From Scyliorhinus canicula (lineage: Eukaryota), in NCBI RefSeq assembly GCF_902713615.1, contig NC_052146.1:71071238-71135237 (forward strand): DNA of 64,000 bases, read 5' to 3'. Shown here one piece after another: positions 1-9,981 of the stretch (position 1 is its first letter; every line of letters starts with the position of its first letter). The position numbers and the translations under genes are program-made. Below the pieces are notes generated by a model that saw nothing but the letters and a program-made list of their open reading frames with translations, was not told the DNA's origin and made no database searches.

Positions 1-101
1 AATTTCTGAAACACAATTAATTTCTACCGTTTTGTCACATGAAAGAAATGAATAGGAATGAAAAAGATCCTTCTGGACTGGGTCGAGAGCAGTTTCCCGG
101 A

Positions 102-424
102 TCACATACAGCTGGATCTGGAGATGGTTGCTCTAAACGGGGTTGCCTGAATCTCGTGTTTGACCAGACAGGAGTAAAGCTCGTGTGAGTTCCACTCTGA
201 TGCTGACAGAGTCAGATAGCTGCTCACACTGAACGTGTTGTCCGCCTGCTGCTGGATCCGACTGGTCTCAACCCCATTCCCTCTGACACTGCCGTCTACA
301 GTCCATTCAATCTCCGCAGCTCCCGGGTTAAACCCGCTCACCAAACACACCAGGGTCGCCGTGTTCTTGGCTGTGATTTGATCCGATGAAGGCGGAAGGA
401 CGGAGACAGATGGCTTCTGAGGAT
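102..424 (-). CDS. IGLC: Ig light chain constant exon, cluster 1 (lambda/type II-like)
   Basis: Acceptor TTTCCAAAGCAG|AT, phase 1. Translates NPQKPSVSVLPPSSDQITAKNTATLVCLVSGFNPGAAEIEWTVDG...YSCLVKHE...SRSSCM*. C1-set Cys/Trp/Cys pattern and penultimate Cys for the H-L bond; TGA at 104-102. Confidence 0.97.
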
Positions 425-2714
425 CTGCTTTGGAAAGAAACTACGGTTAGTCGTATAAACATTTGATTTGGTTACGCAAGAGATTTCCCGAACCAATAAC
501 ATTCTAATTCTGGCACTCATTGAGAATAATAAACAAATCCGTTTGTTCATCCGAGGAAGGAGAGAGACCAATGGGATATTTGGGGATAGCAGCAAGGTTA
601 AGTTTTAATGACTGACTGGAGCTGAACTGAAGTTGATTCTGTTCAATTTAACAAGACAAAGCAACGCTTGTGCATTATGTTTCACAATGTTACCTCTGAA
701 TCTATTGCTGTATGTTTAGCTTCCCTGTCTTCACATTGAGATGCTGCTTTTCCAGTCTCAGTCAGAAATAGAATTAGACACATTGAACATACAGTAAATT
801 TATTCCAATGTGCTCCGATTTGATGAGCCGTTGATCAGTTTTGCGTCAGATTTTACGGGAATCTGACCACGCAATCCAGACTGACATTCCAGCGAAGGGA
901 ATGTGGAAAAGCCGTTCAGACAGCATTTGGATTATAATCAAACCGAGATCCTCTACTGACGAACCTAAATTACTCTGTTACTGGATTGGAGGCAGTGGTG
1001 GAAGACCGTGCTCTCTGCGTGAAAACAGGTTAATGGGTGATTGGTATTTTTGATGTTTGTGGGAAATAGGTGACTGTCACGGTGGGGGAATTTATTATGG
1101 AGATCTCATTGATTAAATATTTTTACAAACGCTCTGGTATGTTTCGGATTCAGGCCATGAAAAAAATATACTTAATTATGTATGATTCTTGACCTTAAAT
1201 GTTGTGTTTTGTAGGAGGAGCTAACGGGGGAACCCTTGACTGCAACAGTGTAAAACTGGCGATAAATGAACGGAATGTTTTACACTGAGGTCAGTGGAAA
1301 TAGAGCGCGGGAGAAATATAAACACCTTTGCGGACCCGACATCAGCCGTTTAACATTATCGGTCAAGTTAAGCTGCACACTGACATTGCAGGAATGGAAG
1401 ATTTATTTTTATATATCTATTCCAGCAAAGATCAGCGCTGAGATTTTGGGGGAGTTTGGTTCCATTATTAAAGTCGAAAACGCAATAATTAAATATGAGC
1501 AACACTATTACTGCAACAGAATTGTTAATTTAAGGCACATTCTGATTTCTCTGATTATTATGCATCGGAATAACCAACAACTCTGATCAGATTTTCACAG
1601 CAGAAATAACAAGATATAATAATATATGCTCAATACACAGAACAATCTGACAATATTAATAGTTCGAACACAAAGTCAGAAAACAGAACAAAGAACAGTA
1701 CTGCACAGGAGCATGTCCTTCGGCCCTCCAAGCCTGTACCGGTCATCATACCATCCTTGGCCAAAGCCCTCAGTATTTCCTAGTGCCCTATCCCTCAAAA
1801 CCTAATCGAGAACTTAATAGTGTCACTGTTTACATGATCACATCTCAGTTTTAAAAATACTCTGCGCTGACATGAAACTTGGCAAGTTCGTTACAGAAAG
1901 GGTCAGGGAGGGATTCGCTATTTTCATTGCAAACACGCATACGCTTCATGAGAGACACGTTATTCCTGGATAACTGGACGAATTCCGAGCTTTGCGGAGG
2001 TTGTGCCCAAATATATCCATGTGCAATAAGCTAAGAGATTGTTCATTTCGCGGACATTTATCCTGTGCCCTCAGATAAAGGCAGAATTCGGACTGAACAT
2101 CACTTGTCATTCAAACCGTTACATTCAGTGTAACAATAGTTCAGCTAAAAAAAAGCTAATATGGAGTTCAGAACGCAGGGCATTGGAGGTTAGATTGACC
2201 GTCATGTTTTGATCTTCTTGCTATTAATATGGGGCGACTTATTCGCGCGATCCATGTTGCAAAGTACCTGGCGCAGGTAGTTATTATTTAATTGTGTTAA
2301 CAGGCAGAGAGCTTTGCTGTGGTATTAAGGAAGGGAATGCATAAACATTGAAGTCCTTCTTGTCACTAACGGAGGTCCACTTTCCCTACAAGGTCACTCG
2401 ATCGCAAATTAGGACTAAAGGGTTTTACAGATTTCGCTGATCTGACGATGCAGAGATTCTGAGTTTTTTTGCTATTGTGGCTGAGGGAAGGCAGCTCATT
2501 GCTGACCAAAATTCCACTCACAACTCAGACCAGAACACAGAGAACTGCAAGGTCCAGTTGTTAACTGGTTAGCAGGGGAGACTTACATCAGTTCAATTGA
2601 ATTTATGGCTCTGTTGCTTGAAAGGACATTAACATTTCTTCAAAATAAAATATCAAGACAGTATTTTGCTCTTAATCTGAAGTAAGGTTTGAACAATGTA
2701 ACGGGTTTACTCAC

Positions 2715-3062
2715 TGCCAACACTCAGCTTGGTTCCGCTGCCGAAGTAGCACACGCTGCTAACCCACATGGCACAGTAATAGTCCGCGATGTCCTTCGAT
2801 TCAACGTTACCGATGATTAACGTTCCTGTGTTGCCCGATACCGAACCTGAAAACCGGTCTGGAACACCCGAGCCTCTGCTCCTCCTGCTTCCCGCATAGT
2901 GATAAAGCAGATACCGAGGAGCATTTCCAGATTTTTGCTGGTACCAAGATATGGTAGTGCTGCCTAAGGTGGCACCAGACAAGGTGCAACTTATTTGGAC
3001 GGTTTCTCCGAGAGAAGTCGATTTCGACGACGGTTGACTAACTGTAATCGCCGCGTTTGAAA
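2715..3062 (-). CDS. IGLV: Germline-joined VJ exon, cluster 1
   Basis: 348 nt, acceptor TTTCGTTTCAG|, donor |GTGAGT. Open frame (F)SNAAITVSQPSSKSTSLGETVQISCTLSGATLGSTTISWYQQ...DYYCAMWVSSVCYFGSGTKLSVG. V runs directly into the FGxG J motif with no RSS between. Confidence 0.97.
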
Positions 3063-3207
3063 CTGAAACGAAATAGCATCAAAAATATTAATGTAACTAT
3101 ACTTTAATCAATTATCGAAACACTTGAGTTTTAACTCCCTTGAAATTTTGTTCAAGAAACCTCAATAAAGGTGTCTTTGCAGTAAATCTACATTTTAAAA
3201 TACTTAC

Positions 3208-3256
3208 ATGCCAGGCAAAATATGAACACAATGATCGCATGGACCCAGTCAGTCAT
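3208..3256 (-). CDS. IGLV: Leader (signal peptide) exon, cluster 1
   Basis: 49 nt, ATG at 3256, MTDWVHAIIVFIFCLA plus 1 nt, donor GTAAGT. Phase matches the VJ exon across a 145-nt intron. Confidence 0.95.
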
Positions 3257-3331
3257 TGTGAAAAGTTTAAAGAGGCACCGAAGTGTCTGCCAGATATTTG
3301 ACAAGATGGGTTAACTCCATGAATCTCTCTC

Positions 3332-3409
3332 CTTTAATACCCCTGTCACCAAGAAGGTGTAGCTCCTGATTTCATGCAAATTAGTCTTTTCGTCTCAACC
3401 AATCAGGTG
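3332..3409 (-). promoter_or_regulatory. IgL promoter, cluster 1: octamer/decamer, TATA-like box, E-box
   Basis: ATTTGCAT at 3381-3374 in light-chain orientation, within TAATTTGCAT, 118 nt upstream of ATG. TATTAAAG at 3339-3332. CAGGTG at 3404-3409 next to CCAAT. Confidence 0.85.
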
Positions 3410-4060
3410 TTTTGCGATTCAAACACCATCTCAAATTCTCTTCGGCGATTAGAAAATACAAGGAAGGTGGGAGAAAGGAAAATACTGCAGGTCTTGGAAT
3501 TCTGGGGGAAATACAGAAAAGGCTGGAAATATTCAGCAAGTCAGACAGAATCTCTGGAGAGATAAAGAGAGTTAACGATTCAGATCGTGACTTTTCAATA
3601 GACGCTTTTGGCACAAACATTAGTACTCTAGCATGGCATATTCTACAAAGATCTAGCAGTGATTTCCGGGCAAATGGGATTTGATTCAGAGAAACATACA
3701 GAACATGACAAAACGGTCCAACTAGTCCTGCACAGACACTTCTCCTTGTAGCGGCTAAGACGGGCAAGGGCCCAGACTTGCCCAAACACGCCCCCGACCC
3801 GATCAATGGAACATTTCGGAACTTATAGGTGTGTTATTCTAAACTAGCATTACCTGCACAGGTCGGCCTTGACACCAAATTCGTTCCAGCGGACTGGGTG
3901 GTTTCTTCCACTCAGAATAATGGGACACTGCGACCCTGGAAAGGTGGAGGATGCAGCCACCTAATTGCGGAAACCAGCGACCAGGAGCTCTGGGAATGAT
4001 CGGCTTGTCGATGAAGAGTTAGCAGTGGAGAGCAGACTGAAGGGTACGCCGAAAATTTGA

Positions 4061-4169
4061 GTGATGTGGAGATGCCTCAGTATTCACCTGAGGAAGGAGC
4101 AGTGCTCCAAAAGCTCGTGTTCGAAACAAATCTGTTGGACTTTAACCTGGTGTTGTGAGACTTCTTACT
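4061..4169 (+). mobile_element. Penelope-like terminal fragment, cluster 1 only
   Basis: Same sequence as the ends of the elements at 49.2 and 58.4 kb. 10-bp TSD GAAAATTTGA (4051-4060/4170-4179). Empty site in cluster 2 near 37310. Confidence 0.8.
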
Positions 4170-4817
4170 GAAAATTTGACTCCAATGAAGTTTCCGTGAA
4201 GGAGCCGGGAATTAAATTTAGGAACCGACCATCACCTCTCGCTTCCTTCTTAAAACTTGTCGCGATTGTTATCTCCCGTTTTGGTTTAAATATATTAATG
4301 CTGCTTACTGAAGGCTTCGTGTGTCGGAGGGAAACGGCTTTTTAGTTTCAGTCTTTGGCCTGAAACGTGAACTGTGTTTCTTTCTCCACAGGTGCTGCCT
4401 GTTGAGTTCCCAACAATTTGTGGTTTCGATTCTAAAGTTTAATTTAATTTAGCACGGTATTCCAAGATTTTGCAACGCTTATTTTTATTACTGTGATTTA
4501 CCAATATGTTCATGTAAATAGATGGTCAAATTTCTAAGGATACAATAAAAATAATATTGTGATTAGAATGTCTTAAATCAATTTTTTGCAAAACGTATGG
4601 ACATATTTTGATTTTTTTCATCTGTGTTTATTTGTGAGTTTTCAATTAAAGTTCTAAAATACATTTCTGATAAGCAGGGTGTGATTATTGTGGGATATTC
4701 ATTGGGTTAAGTGCCGTGCCCCAGTCTGAGCTCTGATCGTCTTGCATTCTGCACTGTCGCTCCTTAATCCGCGCCACAGGGCCCGCAACAGGAGGATTTT
4801 CTACCTTAGAATCCAAA

Positions 4818-5041
4818 GAATTCCTAAAGTGCATAAGGAGGCAATTTGGTCAGTCAACCCTGCGTCGACCCTCCAAAGAGCACTCAACCTAGGCCCACAC
4901 CTCACCCTATCCCCGTAACGCCGCACTTTGATCACGGTCAACCCACCTGAGCTGCAAATCTTTGGACAATGAGGGGCAATTTATCATGGCCAATCCACCT
5001 AGCCTGCACATATTTGCACTGCTAACCACTGTGCCACCGCG
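4818..5041 (-). mobile_element. tRNA-derived shark SINE (HE1-like), shared by both units (also ~38025-38240)
   Basis: Reverse complement of GGTGGCACAGTGGTTAGC head and the GCAGGCTAGGTGGATTGGCC core; boundaries approximate. Confidence 0.7.
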
Positions 5042-5334
5042 GCGCCCCACTAATGGCTCCTTCTCTGCTTATCAAAATACAGACTTTCAACTATGACAGA
5101 GAATTGTAGGCCGCAGCTCACTCAACGATCTTCGCTACCGACTTTAGGAATTATTGGTGCAGCACCCTCAAACCTGCCAAGCAGCAAAAGTGGCTTTTCA
5201 ACACAGTACTGGCCCTCAACGCAATCTGTCAGCTACTTGCGCTCACTTGCTTTCACTGTGGGTTGTAAAATAGCATCAGCGGAGAATAAACCTTGACATT
5301 AATTCCCCATTTTCCCACTAATCTTCAGCAGCTA

Positions 5335-5780
5335 CTGGAATGTTGCAAAGTTCATTCTGGGGCCTCAGCGATTTACTTTCTATGTTAATGACTTAACTAA
5401 TAAACCGATAGTAACCTAAGTTTGCTGATGATCTAAAGGTAGATGGGAATGTAAACTTTTTAGAGGAGGATATGAAGGCGTTGTCACGACATAGGCACAG
5501 GTTAAGACGGTGAACGATGGCATGGCAGATGGGATATCATATGGGTAAATGTGAGGGTATTCACTCTACTAGTAAGTATATGATAGCAGAATATTTGTAA
5601 ACGCACGGATCTTCCAAACATTGATGCTCAGAGATACTTGAGTATCCGATACAAGGAACACAATGTGAGCATACAGGTACTGCAAGCGATTAGGAAGGCA
5701 AATGTTATGTTGAATTTTCTTGCAAGGGGATTGGCGTACAGGGATACGAAATTGTTGCTACAATATATAAGACTTAGGGT
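5335..5780 (+). mobile_element. Decayed CR1 LINE RT fragment, interrupted by the minisatellite and resuming at ~8240-8330
   Basis: AAGTTTGCTGATGAT (KFADD) and GCAAATGTTATGTTG..TTTCTTGCAAGGGG match the intact CR1 at 62-64 kb. Confidence 0.75.
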
Positions 5781-7505
5781 GGGGCGGTTTGTGTGTGTGG
5801 GGATGGGGTGGTTTGTGTGTAGGAAGGGGGTGGTTTGTGTGTGGGGGGATGGGGTGGTTTGTGTGTGTGGGTATGGAGTGGTCTGTGTGTGGGGATGGGG
5901 TGGTTTGTGTGTGGGGATATGGGTGGTTTGTGTGTGGGGATGGGGTGGTTTGTGTGTGTGGTGATGGGGCGGTTTGTGTGTGGGGGATGAGTCGGTTTGT
6001 GTGTGGCAGGACGGGGTGGTTTGTGTGTGTGAGGATGGGGTGGTTTGTGTGTGGGGATTGGGTGTTTTGTGTTTTTACGGGGCGGTTTGTGCGTGTGGGG
6101 ACGGGGTGGTTTGTGTGTGGGGGATGGGTTAGTTTCTGTGTGGGCGATGGTATGGTTTGTGAGTGTGAGGATGGGGTGGTTTGTGTGTGGGGAAGGGGTA
6201 GTTTGTGTGTGGGGACGGGGTGGTTTGTGTGTGTGGGGATGGGGTGGTTTGTATGTCGGGATGGGGTGGTTTGTGTGTGGGGATGGGGTGGTTTGTGTGT
6301 GGGGGCGGGGTGGTTTGTGTGTGGGGATGGGGTGGTTTGTGTGTGTGGCTATGGGGTGGTGTGTTGTGGGGATGGGGTGGTTTGTGTGTGCGGATGGGGG
6401 TGTTTTGTGTGTGGGGATGGGGTGGTTTTTGTGTGTGTTGATGGGGCGGTTTGTGTGTGTGGAGATGGGGCGGTTTGTGTTGTTTAGAAGCGGGTTGTGT
6501 GTGTGGGGACGGGGTGGTTTGTGTGTGTGAGTATGGGGTGGTTTGTGTGTGGTGATGGGGCGGTTTGTGTGTGTGGGGATGCATGGTTTGTGTGTGGGGA
6601 TGGGGTGGTTTGTGTGTGTGGGGATGGGGTGGTTTGTGTGTGTTGGGATGGGGTGGTTTGTGTGTGGGGATGGGGTGGTTTGTGTGTGTGGTGATGGGGT
6701 AGTTTGTGTGTGTGGGGATGGGTGGTTTGTGCGTGTGGGTATGGGGTGATTTGAGTGTGGTGATGGGGCGGTTTGTGTGTGTGGGGATGGGTGGTTTGTG
6801 TGTGGGGATGGGGGTGGTTTTTGTGTGTGGGGATGGGTGGTTTGTGTGTGGGGATGGGGTGGTTTGTGTCTGGTGACGGGGTGGTTTGTGGGTGTGGGGA
6901 TGGGGGTGGTTTGTGTGTGTGGGTATGGGGTGGTGTGTGTGGTGATGGGGTGGTTTGTGTGTGTGGGGGAATGGGGTGGTTTGTGTGTGGGGATGGGGTA
7001 GTTTGTGTGTGTGTCGATGGTGTGGCTTGTGCGTGGAAATGGGGTAGTTTGTGCGTGGGGATGGGGTGGTTTGTGTGTGGGGGATGGGGTGGTTTCTGTG
7101 TGGGAATCGGGTGGTTTGTGTGTGGGGGGATGGGGTGGTTTCAGCGTGTTGTGTGGGTTTGTGTGTGGGTATGGGGTTGTTTGTGTGTGGGGATCGTGTG
7201 GTTTGTGTGTGGGGTGCTTTGTGTGCGGGAATGGGGAGGATTGTGTCTGGGGGTATGGCGTGGTTTCAGTGTGTGAGGGGAGGGGTGTGGTTTAAGTGTA
7301 TGTGGGGTGATGATTGGTTCGGGTGTATTGTGAACGGCTGGTGTGCAGCGAGTGGGGTTGTTTATGTGTGCATGAATGGGGGTGGTGTGTGTGAATGGGG
7401 GTGGTTTGTTTTCGGAATTGGGGGTGGTTTGTGTCTGTGGGGGTGCGTGATTTAGATGCGTGGGGGTATGAGTGTTGGTTCGGGTGTATGGGGATGGGGA
7501 GTTTT
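5777..7505. repeat. GT-rich minisatellite, unit ~GGGGATGGGGTGGTTTGTGTGTGT (22-26 bp)
   Basis: Direct reading; strong G/T strand asymmetry. A related, more degenerate tract lies at ~7812-8240. Confidence 0.95.
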
Positions 7506-7510
7506 TGTTT

Positions 7511-7806
7511 ACAGGAGGGCTGCTTTGTGTGTGTGGGGGGATGGGGTTGTATTTACAGAATTTACAGTGTGGAAGGAGGCTATTTGGCCCATTGGGTCTG
7601 CACCAGTCCTCGGAAAGAGCATCCTACTTAAGCCCACCCCAGGATGGTTTGGACTGTGGGAGGAAACTGGAGCACCTGGAGTAAACCCACGCAGACACGG
7701 GGAAAACATGCAGACTCCGCACAGACAGTGACTCAACCCAGTGACCCACATTTGGGACCCTGGAGCTGTGAAGCAATTGTGCTAGCCACTGTGCTACCGT
7801 GCTGTC
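7511..7806 (-). mobile_element. tRNA-derived SINE within the GT-rich tract (also ~41700-42000)
   Basis: Reverse complement of GGACAGCACGGTAGCACAGTGGCTAGC head and the CTCCAGTTTCCTCCCACAGTCC core. Confidence 0.75.
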
Positions 7807-8705
7807 CACAGTGTGGGGGGGGGGGGGATGGTGGTGGTTTGTGTGTGGGGAGATGTGATGGTTTGTGTATGTTTGGGGATGGAGTTGGTTTGTGTGTGGG
7901 CTGATGGGGTGGTTTGTGTGTACCGGGAGGGAGTCGTTTGCATCTGTGGGGACAATAATGGTTTGTGTGTGCGCGGATGGGTGTGGTTTATGTGTATATG
8001 GGGTGGGGTGGTTCGTATGTGGGGCATAGAGATGGTTTGGGTATGTGCGCATGGGCTGGTTTCTGTGGTGGGGGATAGCGATGGGTTGGGTGTGTAGGAA
8101 TGGGATGGTTTCTGTGTAGGGGGAAAGGGATGGCTTGGGTGTGTAGTTGTGCAGGGATGGGGTGGTTCCTGTGTGTGGGGCTGTGGGCTGGGGAGATTCA
8201 TGTGGTGTGGGGATGGAGGTAGTTTGTGTTTGTTGCGATAGGGTGCGTTTTTGGGAAAGAACAGAGCTGAAGAACAGTTCACATTTTGGTCCTCATATTT
8301 TAGCAAGGACATACTTGCATTGAAATCTGGGATCACCACGTTGCCCTATGGTGAGGCGCTCGTGTGAGTTTTCAACAATAAAAACTGATGAAAGACAGAA
8401 GATTCTGAAGGAGCTTTACATGGAAGCGTTTGAACGGTGATGTCGCTCTTCTTTCCAAAACAAAACTGGCTACAAAATGTTTTTTAGACAGATATTTTTA
8501 CCATCTAAATCTCATTGAATGCCACGCGTGGCAGGGTGGCACAGTAGTTAGCACTGCAGCCTCACAGCGCAGGGACCCAGGCTCAATTCCGGACTCAGGT
8601 GACTGTGTGGTGTTTGCCGCCTGAGATTGCCAAACAACGGGCAAGGAGACGGTGGGGTATGTGTAAGCGAGGAAGCTGGGGACGCAAATTCATTCTGCAT
8701 CTTAC

Positions 8706-9083
8706 CTGTGTCAATAGCCTCATCCTTCCTTGCCAGAGGGATGTCCTTCAGCAGATAAATCAGCTCTGGGCTGCTACTGGATTGACGCTGCAGCCACAGA
8801 TATTGGTTCATGTACCTGCATCGTTTGTTCTGTCGTATCCATGCTGCCACATCAGATAGAGGCACTGCTGTCTGTCCAGAGTGAACGCAGCATTCCTTTT
8901 TTATAGGGTCTGCATCATGTCAGTCAAATCCCCATGAAGAATTTCAGTAGATAACTGCTGGTAAAGGCCCGGGGTTAGATCCTTACATTCTGCCTCACAA
9001 TTGTCACCCATTGTTTGATCAAATTACAAATGCTGAAATGTGTGTCATTTTGTGCATATATGGTGGCAGCGTTCACTCATTCA
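8706..9083 (-). pseudogene. Frameshifted copy of the unidentified ORF relic at 43638-44140
   Basis: Aligns with 43638-44017. Has a frameshift and lacks ~600 bp that copy 2 retains. Keeps the CAG|GTAAG donor-like site. Confidence 0.25.
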
Positions 9084-9505
9084 TGAGGTCTGGGATGAGG
9101 AAATATTTATTCACTTCGCGGGTAGTGAACCTGTAGAATTCTTTACCACAGAAGGCTGTAGAGGTCTATTCACTGAAGAAATTTTAAAATAGTCAGTTTT
9201 TTTAGATATTCATGCCATCAAGGCGCATGGGGAAGAAATGGGAATATGGCATTGAGATAGTGGGTCAGTGATGATCAGATTGACTGGCAGAGCAGGTTCA
9301 AGGAGCCGGATGGCCTATTCCTGCTCCTAGTTTCTGTGTTTCGATAGTTCTATAACAGTTGATGACAAGTGTAGAGAAGATTAAGCTTGATAATTAGTTT
9401 GTAGTATAGTTATGGCATTAGTCGAATAATCAATGTGTGTCAACCCAATATAGATCCCTGCTCAAATCTGGAACATTAGCTCATCACACTCAAACTTGAC
9501 AAGGG

Positions 9506-9717
9506 CGGGGGCAGCACTGTGGCGCAGTGGGTCACAGCACTGGGGTCCCAGGTTCGAAATCGGCTCTGGGTTTTGGTCCATATGGAGATTGCACATTCTC
9601 CCTGTGTTTGCGTGAGTTTCACCCCCACAGCTCAAAAATGTGCAGGCTAGGTGGATTGGACATGCTAAATTGCACCTTAATTGGGAAAAATTAATTGGGT
9701 ATTCTAAATTTTTTTTT
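9506..9717 (+). mobile_element. Full-length HE1-like SINE with TSD
   Basis: A box TGGCGCAGTGG, B box GGTTCGAAAT, T-rich tail. 14-bp TSD AAACTTGACAAGGG (9492-9505/9718-9731). Confidence 0.85.
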
Positions 9718-9981
9718 AAACTTGACAAGGGAGAAAGAAATTATGGCCTGAAGTCAATGACAACTACAACATAAACATACTACAGCAAAGCAGTTCCCTC
9801 TGCAAAAGCACATTGTTAAGCGCCTGTTTCAATCAAATTCTAAAGGACATGTGGTATCTATTGATAGCTTTGATTGCCATGTTCTGTAGACTAGCCAAAG
9901 TGAACATGTAATTTAAAATTAGTTCTTATAGAACAAACTATGTGGCAAGATAACAAGGGTAAATTAACGAACTAACATCTA

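Noticed and set aside
2772-2778. CACAGTA cryptic heptamer at the end of FR3
   Set aside because: It is a by-product of the Tyr-Cys codons found in most V genes, and there is no nonamer at 12 or 23 bp. I found no convincing heptamer-spacer-nonamer near either gene.
5777-7505. Minisatellite as an Ig class-switch region or CRISPR array
   Set aside because: It has no AGCT-rich units, lies upstream of V in a light-chain locus and has no unique spacers; the DNA is eukaryotic.
5638-8339. Many long Val/Cys/Gly/Trp-rich and His/Thr/Pro-rich ORFs (also 38850-42452)
   Set aside because: These are translations of the GT-rich satellite, which lacks stop codons in most frames; there is no coding evidence.
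9506-9580. tRNA-like A/B box sequences here and at ~8530, 12240, 42530, 42955 and 49470
   Set aside because: They are SINE heads with no cloverleaf or acceptor stem and are followed by the SINE body.
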